This document shows, in pieces, positions 54,976 through 64,000 of a stretch of 64,000 nucleotides of DNA. This stretch comes from Octopus bimaculoides (Eukaryota). How positions within the stretch are numbered: position 1 is the first letter of the stretch; every line of letters begins with the position of its first letter. Both the position numbers and the translations under genes were made by a program. The stretch spans positions 82,433,315 to 82,497,314 of the forward strand of contig NC_068981.1 of assembly GCF_001194135.2 (NCBI RefSeq), read 5' to 3'. The notes under the pieces are model-generated. The model was not told the origin of the DNA, made no database searches, and saw only the letters and a list, made by a program, of their open reading frames with translations.

Positions 54976-55301
54976 TATTCTTTAGTTACGATGAAAACTA
55001 TACAACATCTCGCTTTCATACTCTCTGCCTTTCATAGTTTCATAATATTTTCATCCATCTCAAATTTAGTTCTTCCTGTCAACGTGTTTTTCAAAATTCT
55101 AGCACATTAAATTTCGTCTAAACTAACTTACGCTTCCATTAGACGGACCATACATTGGCAATGATCTGCAGTTGTAGGTACATGTGGCAAGGTCTTTATT
55201 CAATTGATTGTTAACCTACGAGTACCTAGGATGTTTAGAGGATGCTGATCACTATGAGTTTCCTCCGTTCTCATAATCTCTCATTTTGCTAAGACGTTAA
55301 A

Positions 55302-55361
<60 letters not shown>

Positions 55362-55663
55362 NNNNNNNNNNNNNNNNNNNNNNNNNNNNNNNNNNNNNNN
55401 NNNNNNNNNNNNNNNNNNNNNNNNNNNNNNNNNNNNNNNNNNNNNNNNNNNNNNNNNNNNNTCATGCATGCAAAAAAAAAAACAACATAAAACTGAATTT
55501 GGTGCTGAATCATAAGTATTTACGAAGCATGTGTATCACACGCTTTCATACTTCTATATTCATATAAAGACCCAATCCAGATCTCCTCTATTCCGGATAA
55601 CAATTCAGTACTGCATCGTGAGATTTCTTTTATTCCCATCAATCGTAGATTTAGGTATCATTT

Positions 55664-56095
55664 ATACTTTACTTGTTTCAGACATTAGACTGCAGCCATG
55701 ATGTGGCACCGCCTTGAAGAATTTATAGTCGAATGTATCGACTCAAGTACTATTTTTTAAGCCTGGTACTTATTCTATCGAACCCTTATCCCGAACCGAT
55801 AAGTTACGGGGACATAAGCACATCAACACCGGTTGTCAAACAGCGGGACTAACACAGACACAAAGACACACACACGCATACACACACACGTCCACACACA
55901 CACACACACATATGTATATATACATATATATATACGATGGACTGCTTTCAGTCCGAATTTCTATCAAATCCACTCACAATGCTTTGGTCGGCTCGAGGCT
56001 ATAGTAGAAGATACTTGCCCAAGGTGCCACGTATTGGGACTGGACCTGGAATCATGCAGTTGGGAAACGAGCTTCTTACCATACAGCCACGCCTG
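55664..56095 (-). mobile_element. SINE family A, full length
   Basis: Tail, (CA)n/(TA)n middle and head (gaggctatagtagaagatacttgcccaaggtgccac...ttcttaccatacagccac) are all present. Confidence 0.9.
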
Positions 56096-57849
56096 TGTGT
56101 AGTATATTTACTTTGAAAAATAATCAAAGGCATACAGTATATCGGCTGAACATTATTGTGGTCATAATATTAGTTTATGAAAAATTCGATGAAAAGTAAA
56201 GCATGGCCAACATTATACATTATGGCACTCAACGAAACTCGCTCATCCGATCACAGTCGCTAAGACAAACGCTTTTGTCTACGAAACCTTTTAAACAAGC
56301 TAGCGTTTTAATTAACCTAAATGTCTCATTCAGAATTGGATACATTTGTTACTGATGCGTTCTAAATTAGCACTTAATTTAGTACATTGTTTGGCATAAT
56401 TACTTCACAATGTATATATATATATACATATATACATATGGACATGCGTAGGAGCATTTATATTTGTAATTTTACTTTACAGTCATATTCTTGCCCCGAA
56501 TTTCTGTTAGATTTAATTGCATTTAATTACAAAATATTTTTCTGTATTACAAAGAGAGAAACTAATGAAAACACCAGAAACAACAGCAGCAACATCATTA
56601 ACAACAAGATTAGCAACGAAATCTACATATCAACAAGGAAAATAAAATTTGTGTTAATGTTCTGACGGATTAATGTATATTTCCTACACACAAAGAATCA
56701 CGTCCGCTGTACGATAAGACATCAATCAACGCTTTTGACGTTCAGCTAAAAACTAACATTCATTTGCCCAATTAGAAGTTATATTTAAAAGCTAATTGAT
56801 TCAGTTAATTTGTTTTTCGGTAGTCGCAATGACTGATATGTGTTTACCCTTAGCTTTCAATGATGTTTGGCATTCAATCTTGTCGTGTTCATATGTTGTA
56901 TTTATAAAAGTGACTGAAGGGTTCTAAATAGAGCTGCAACGCAAGCGTTTCTCTTACTCATATTTCAGTAACGCAGACTATAGAAACGTTTTTAGAGTAT
57001 TCTTGGTGTTTCTTTAGGGGAACTGTAAGGCTTCGTAGCGTTCATTTATAGTCTAGCGTTTGATATACGTATGCTCCATTGATACTGCGCTTGGATGCTC
57101 ATGAAAAACAGCTGTCTTATAGGCTTCGAGTTACTCCCTGTACATTGAAACAAAATTACGTACTTTGATGGAATAAGAAACTTAAATTTCTAGATGAACG
57201 CGTTACTGTTTTTTAAAGAATACTAAGGAAGGTCCAACGGATATGTTTTCTGTTACATTCTCCGATCTAGCATGGCTTTTAAACCTGGAGTAATGACGTG
57301 TTCTGGTATTCATTTCTAGCTTAATACACTTCATTTATAGATGATATAATACGTAGACACAACAATCTGACGTTGAATTGGTTCACTAGTTCTTTTCACT
57401 AGTCATTTATCTATTTAAAATTTTGCTATCAGAAGTCGTCAGTCCCACCTATTGTATCTTACTTTTCAGACATATCTAGTGCTATACTATACTACTCGAC
57501 TTACCATAAAGTGTGATCCCTGGAAGATATCGTTGCTATTTCTCGCAGGTAATGTGACTTCCAAAAGCTCATCCTGTTGATAGTAGATACGTTACGGTAT
57601 ACATATATCGCAGAAGTTGTTGGGTAGTTGAGATGTAAGTTATAGTAAAAGAGAGAATTAGCTTGAAATTAAACTCTCCAACCACTTCATTCCTCCTTAC
57701 GAATATTCATTTTATTCCAATTAAAACATTGTAAATGCTATTATAGATTTTGTGGCGTTAATGTTTTCATCAAACATTGATTTCTTATGAAAGAGGCATA
57801 GGTAGAAACGTTTAGCTAGGAGTAACAATCGCTTAATAAATCCCGGAAG

Positions 57850-57955
57850 AATAAAATGACAAAGTGAACCTCGGCAGGATTTAAATTCGGAACATAAATA
57901 TGTTGCAACAACTATTGCGGAGAATTTTGTTCATCCCCCTAACGATTCTTTCTGT
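57850..57955 (-). mobile_element. SINE family B head fragment, decayed
   Basis: caaagtgaacctcggcaggatttaaattcggaacataaa...ctaacgattct. Confidence 0.55.
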
Positions 57956-58109
57956 ATTGAGTAATATTCACAACATGGGTAATATGAAGTGACTCTAGTT
58001 GTGATTGTGATCGATTGTACAGTTGTAGCTTCTTTAGTGACGATTGTCTCCAATCGAAAAGTTTGAGAATTATCTTCATATACCTGATGCCAGTTAATAG
58101 CACTTCTTG

Positions 58110-58436
58110 TACAGTTCTATATTTAAGAGATGAGGAATTATTTACATTATTTACATTTGACGGATATTCGTCCTCATCTTGTTTGTTGTTAACACAACGT
58201 TTCGGCTGATATACCCTCCAGCCTTCGTCAGGTGTCTTGGGGAAATTTCGAACCTGGGTTCTCATTCCTATCGATGTTACTATTATTATTATTATAATAT
58301 TATTATTATTATAATAATATTATTATTATAATAATAATATTATTATTATTATTAATCAGGTCGCTGCCGTGAATCGAACTCGGACCCTTGGGGTTAGTAG
58401 CCCGCGCTCTTAACCACTACGCCATATGCCCGTGGG
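58110..58436 (-). mobile_element. Family H copy 2: tRNA-like head + (AAT)n + complete Penelope-derived tail with intact hammerhead
   Basis: A box TGGCGTAGTGG (58424-58414), B box GAGTTCGATTC (58381-58371), (AAT)n ~58278-58356; 58270-58139 matches PLE 10808-10940 at roughly 90% or better by eye. Confidence 0.88.
58191..58236 (-). ncRNA. Minimal type I hammerhead ribozyme, intact core
   Basis: GACAC-CUGACGA-A-GGCUG-gagggtatat-CAGCC-GAAA-CG-UU-GUGUU: stem I 5 bp, stem II 5 bp, palindromic ACGU stem III, predicted cleavage after U at 58196. Confidence 0.85.
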
Positions 58437-59245
58437 CAATTATGGGGTGAATTTTAAGGCTTATAAATCTATTATTTTTCTATCCTTCCTCAATACCGGT
58501 TCCCATATGCTATTCATATCTGCACTCGGTCTGCTTAGGAGGTTGTTGTGTCCTAGCATATGTGCTGCTTCTTGTGTGTATATATATATATATATATATA
58601 TGTAGTTTGGCTTCGTTAGCTAACGATTCATGTTCGACTTCTTTTGAAGTTTCTTCGTAGCTAACGCAATTAAATACAATCAGTTTATGAATTCTTTTTC
58701 TAATACAGATTAAATTTCTAAATGCCACTGTTTGCTAATGTTCTTATACATCACTGGGCTACAGATATATATACGTAATCTCACCCCCTCTGTTGTTCAC
58801 TTACATTTCCCTCTGTCACACACTTTCCTTCCCCCTTCTCCCCCCTGTCTCTCTCTCCACCAAATAATAAACGCTCTGCCATTCAGTCAACGACAATGAG
58901 CTATGTAATACGATTGGTATGTACATTGTAACTGTAATTTGAAAAATTAGACTTACTAATAAACAGAGGTTTTATTAATCATGAGTTTCGTGGTGATTTA
59001 GAAGAAATTAACAATGATTTTAATGACTTCATCTATAATTAGCATTATATAAACAAAAAATTAATATAAATTGTGCTTTTATTATTGAATTACTGAATTA
59101 TTTCATATTATAGACGAAATACTTGCCATAAAACTACTACTACTACTACTACTACGACTGATGATGATGAGGATGAGGAGGAGGAGGAGGAGGAGAAGAA
59201 GAAGAAGAAGAAGAAGAAGAAGAAGAAGAAGAAGAAGAAGAAGAA

Positions 59246-59459
59246 TAGTTTCTCGTTTTGACACAAGGCCATTAGTTTTGACGGGTGGGGAAATTGATTT
59301 TATCAGCAGCAGTGCTCAATTGGTGCTTATTTTATCGACCATGACAGGATAGTGCAAAGTCGACCTCGGTGGAATTAGAACTCTGATCGTAAAGCTGGAA
59401 GAATCGCAGTTAAGAATTTTGACCGGCGTGCTAACTATTCTGCCAGCTCCACCGCCTTA
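59246..59459 (-). mobile_element. SINE family B, diverged full length
   Basis: gacacaaggcc...gcaaagtcgacctcgg...cgtgctaactattctgccagctccaccgcctta. Confidence 0.8.
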
Positions 59460-59461
59460 AA

Positions 59462-61040
59462 ATACCGGAGCCCACAGTCGGACGGTGTCCAAGGATATTG
59501 GATGAAAAGGCTGAAATAGTAGAACTGCTGGAGAGATGCTTGCAGCAAGGTTTATTTCTCAGGTGGATGACGAAGAGAAAGACATGGTTATGTGTGAAGG
59601 AGCTTGAAAAGGGTAACATTGCATCCAAATTTCGACCAAAACCTTGTGGCGACTAATAACAGATATTTTGATCGGTGAAGTATATGGATACTTAAAAAGA
59701 AATGGATTGCTACCAACTAACCAGAAAAAGTGCCGAAAGGGGAGCTGAGGAAAGAAAGATCAGGTATTAATTGACGAGATAATAAAAAAAGTGTAAGAGG
59801 AAGCACAGGTGCTTGAGTATAGCATGGATTGATTGTCGTAACGCATACAATATGAAACCACACTCATGGAGGACAAAAACTAACGAAATGTATGGAGTAG
59901 CAGACAACACGAGAAGAATGATATGGCACGGCATGAAATTCTCGAGAATGAATGGCCAGGATAGTGTCAGATATTTGAAGTAAAAATTAGGAGAGGAATC
60001 TTCCAGGAGTCAGTGCATCCCATTGATCTTTATGGTAGATATGATTCCATTGAGTGAAATATTACGGAAGACAAAGTTGGGTTATTATCTTGAAAGAGGT
60101 GAAGAAAAGCTCAATCAACTGGGGTTTAAAGATGATTTGAAGCTGTTCATAAAAACGTAAGGAAAAATAAATCCAATCCATTCTGTGCTGTCCAATCCAT
60201 TCTGTGCTGTCCAATCCATTCTGTGCTGTCCTATCCATTCTATGCAGATTTTTTTCCAAATGAGAACAAGATGGCGTTTGAACTTTGAAATTGTGCTGTG
60301 ATGATGATGAGAAAGGATAGTTTGTCACGACAGAAGATATACGAATGCAAAGTGTTGAAATGATGAGGACAATTGAACCTAAATCAAGATGTAAATACTA
60401 GTGGCAGATGAAATTAAGCATTACTATATAAAAGAAAAGACAAAGAAAAAATATCTGCGACGATTGAGAAGAATCTCAGATTCAAAGTTGAATGCTGAGA
60501 GCATAATGTAAAACAAGAAGAAAAGAAAGCTGATAATCGTGCGCGGAGCCTATGATCCACGTATAAGCAATGATCGTTTATATATGAAGAAAGAAAATGG
60601 AGGACGTTTATATATGAAGAAAGAGAATGGAAGACAGGGACTGATAAGCTTGACTGGAAGATTAAGTGAGTATTCAACACGGGAATTAGCGAAGACATCT
60701 AATCCAAAGCGAAAAAAACTTACTAGAAAAAACCTTGTAAGAAAAGAAACCATGTTGAAAACAGGGAAATGGAGGGATAAAAACAAGTACAAAGACACGA
60801 AGAAGTATTATACAAGTCAATATACACACAATTTCATGTGCTCACAACTGCATATACCAGAGAGCATGGGCGGGATTGGTTAAAGAAAAGGTAATTTAAA
60901 ACGAAACTGAGTGCATTATACTTGCAGCGCAAGACCAAGCTTTGGCCACAGATTGCAGAGGTACTCTTAGAAATGAGAAAGTGTTTCCGTTGTGTCGAAT
61001 AAGTAATGAATTTGATGAAACTATAGTGTCAACATATCAA
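59462..61040 (+). mobile_element. R4/Dong-like non-LTR retrotransposon RT relic
   Basis: SDGVQGYWMK, NFRP, AWIDCRNAYNMKPHSW, FKDDLKLF (catalytic DD), DRLYMKKENGG, ETECIILAAQDQALAT and a partial C-terminal zinc knuckle. Confidence 0.85.
60172..60247. repeat. 19-bp minisatellite (tccaatccattctgtgctg) x4
   Basis: Three perfect units and one diverged unit inside the R4 relic. Confidence 0.92.
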
Positions 61041-62011
61041 CATTAACCGTGTTATTAAACAAGTAATTTTTTTCAATACTGCTTTTTATTTAATTACATA
61101 TATCTTTCAACTGAGACATGAATAAGAAAACAACTTTACTATTAATTAATTAACAGAAACTTAATGATTGAACATACATTTCAGAAACCTGGTGGTTTCT
61201 AAGACAATTCATTTTAATACTATGTGTCCTGGGTAGTGAACAAGTATGGAAACCACTGTCAAATAGGCTATATTTTGCATAACATATTCTTACGTCAAAC
61301 AAAAGCCATTGATTTTACAACTACATATTTACCACCTTCCCGTCCTAGCCAACCAATCTGACTGTATCCATTACGCAGAAATGACGTGAAGTACATACTA
61401 AGAGCAGTGGAGAATTTATTGTACGTCCACTAACGAAAAAAAATCAGATGTTAAAAAATGACTTGCTAGAAGCGTCAGTCTAATCGTCTGTAATGTTGAT
61501 TGACATTGAGAGACATGCAGATGTAAGACTGCACGAAAAATCACGTGACGTTGAGTCTTTTATATTGTTTATCTCATAGATCTGATCGATCAGACTACTG
61601 GAAAAAGATGTTCTAGTCTTGACTACATCATTTCTTTTACACATCCGGGATTACATTGTCTAATGTGTATGTATTTTCATCAAAATAGTAAAATATGACA
61701 TGAGGATTATTTGGTTTTCACATGCAGCAAATTGAGAAATGTGTTCAGTCTTCTCTCTTTAGTTATGCATGATATTGCGCTATAACCGGATATGCCAGAA
61801 AACTGATAATGATATCATAAATTATTCAAAGAGTGAAACTCGTAGTGGATACGGCTATAAATATTGTAAAATGTATGATTAAAAAGCCCTGAGATGGGAA
61901 AAAAGGTCAAAGGTTTCATGAGGAGGGGGTCGCTTTCGAGTAGTCCTTGATATAGTCCTTTCTAGTAGTCCTTGATATTTTTTTATTTATTCAAGAGGTT
62001 TTAACCCAATA

Positions 62012-62191
62012 TCTTGGTTTCAAATTCTGGCACAAGGCCAGCAATTTCGGGGGAGTGGACAAGTCGATTACATCGACTCCAGTGTTCAACTAGTACTCAC
62101 TTCATCGACACCGAAAGTATGAAAGGCAAAGTCGACCTCAGTGGAATTTGAAATCAGAATGTAAAAAGGATAATACCAGCTCGCCGCCTTA
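62012..62191 (-). mobile_element. SINE family B, internally deleted, with 11-bp TSD
   Basis: ttttaacccaa at 61999-62009 and 62194-62204. Confidence 0.82.
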
Positions 62192-62724
62192 ATTTTTAAC
62201 CCAACATATTCAATTTAACTTTTTATAGCTGTATCTACTACAAAATCTGTCCATTATTTCTTCTTGAAGCGTCTACATCTTCATGATGTACACAGTGGTA
62301 GTATGATTACAATCTTGAGACCCCTGAAGCCAATTAACATTACAGCTCTATCACATAATGAACAACTCAAACTCAACGAAAGTTGAGTAACTTAAAACAA
62401 TAGAAAAATGGAAATTATATTGAGTTCGAGATGATCATAACCTAATTAGTGTCATAAAAGTATCACAGTTTTTAAGATACTGTTGGCATACTTTTTAAGA
62501 AATGGATAAATATGGCTATATGTCGAATAAAATCTTAGAAAAAAGCATTGAACACACCGAGTACATCTAAGCAATCATTTGAAATGCTACTTGTGGCAAT
62601 CAAACATTCCCAAAATAATTGCCCTTCGTTTTAAATCTGTAGGAGTTGTCCGATAATTTAATTAATACCAAGTTATACTAGGTCTTGTGATTATTGCTGT
62701 TCTTCTCTATCATCATCTTCTTCA

Positions 62725-62731
62725 TCTACTG

Positions 62732-62789
<58 letters not shown>

Positions 62790-62823
62790 CCCTGCTGCTG
62801 CTGCCCCTGCTACTGCTCCTGCT

Positions 62824-62863
<40 letters not shown>

Positions 62864-62946
62864 GTAGTTGCTGCTGCTTCTATCCCTCCCCTTCCTCCTC
62901 CTCCTCCTCCTCCTCCTCCTCCTCCTACTACTACTACTACTACTAC
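62725..62946. repeat. Compound (CTA)n/(CTG)n/(CCT)n trinucleotide tract
   Basis: Directly visible. Confidence 0.95.
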
Positions 62947-64000
62947 NNNNNNNNNNNNNNNNNNNNNNNNNNNNNNNNNNNNNNNNNNNNNNNNNNNNNN
63001 NCTACTACTATAAATCCTCCTCCTTTTGAAATTATCCAGTTTCTTCGTTACCCAATTTTGTAGCCCCAATGAGGCAGCCTCAACACCCAATTTGGTGGTT
63101 GATAAACAAGATTAAATAAATTTTATTCCATACCTAAATACAAGCATCTTAACCAAAGCACACAATCCCAGCTACTATGACACAGAAAGCTATAATTTTA
63201 TCCATTCCACGATTGCATCCCATATCCTTATGTATATAATTAGCTTCCATTAATTATATTCCTTTCGTACTAATAAATCTCGACTGGAACAAATAGAAAA
63301 GCAACGATTTGTTGGTGGACAGTAAAAATGAGGAACTGAATCAAGTAATCGTTGTTACTCATCAAAGAAGCGAATGTATCATATATCTTGATAAGTTGAC
63401 TAATTAGCTATTAGCATGAACTGTGTGTGACATGATAACTGCACAGTACTTGATTAACAGTATCTATTAAAAGCCTTTTCTAGCGAATACACTTATTAAG
63501 AATTCCTATTAGAAAGCTATAATTGTGCTCTAGATTACGTGCATAGTTGAATGTCTTGACAATTTTATTCTCATTTGATGGTCTCTGTGCGAATGTTAAG
63601 AATTAAAATGTTATGTGAAACTAATAGTAATTTGCAAATATGCTAAGCTGTATCAGCCTAAGATAGAATTAAAACTGGCGCCCGTTAATAGGCTATTAAG
63701 TCATTTTATTCAATTTCGATTTAGAAATATTTATGTATAACAAGACTTCCTTCATGTTAAATTCAAGACAGCGGCCAGCATCGTAATATAAGAGTTAAAG
63801 TTAGGGACGAACTGGGTTTGTAACTTAGATTTGTATGAAAGTTGTAGTTCGAATTTGGTTTAGCTGTTAAAGCTATAAAAGTAAAATACGATATATAATG
63901 TATATAAAACTTTTACATACACCATGCAGACTAATAACTGACGGCAGAATAGCACTTTGCCATTTTTTACTTTTACTCAAGTGACACTTGAGAACACAAC

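Larger units (their letters stand above)
51930..55140 (-). mobile_element. RTE-clade LINE relic (APE + RT, internally deleted), interrupted by a Tc1
   Basis: Minus-strand motifs: VFIVTKE / SEIVSC split by the Tc1, LKIIKTYAST, RENERG, IGSDHHL, NAVLKSLETRGIE, HLQFAGDIVFI (FADD->FAGD), SMLGISL.EHIRN. Confidence 0.85.

Noticed and set aside
58358-58436. tRNA gene call (loop CT-ACT-AA) for the H head, also at 1864-1942
   Set aside because: Anticodon and acceptor stems pair poorly and the segment is fused to a repeat tail; treated as a tRNA-derived promoter with unassigned parent tRNA.

Overview
AT-rich, microsatellite-dense eukaryotic DNA with about 23 N-gaps, most flanked by microsatellites. The SINE repertoire is consistent with an octopus (coleoid cephalopod) genome, but this is an inference from recalled repeat families. 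I recognise no intact host protein-coding gene: the long ORFs in the track are microsatellite or N-gap read-throughs, or transposon relics. The window is a transposable-element graveyard. It holds four tRNA-derived SINE families (my labels A-D) and a decayed Penelope-like element (RT + GIY-YIG). It also holds CR1, RTE and R4/RLE LINE relics, a full-length Tc1 nested in the RTE, and mariner, maT-like, Tigger-like and Helitron fragments. The best lead is a non-coding family (label H; copies at ~1.9 kb and ~58.3 kb) built as tRNA-like Pol III promoter + (AAT)n + the ~130-nt 3' end of the Penelope element in this same window. That shared end contains a minimal type I hammerhead ribozyme, with an intact core at 58191-58236 (minus strand). 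This suggests a Penelope-mobilised, ribozyme-bearing SINE. A second, different minimal hammerhead relic lies at 28148-28184.
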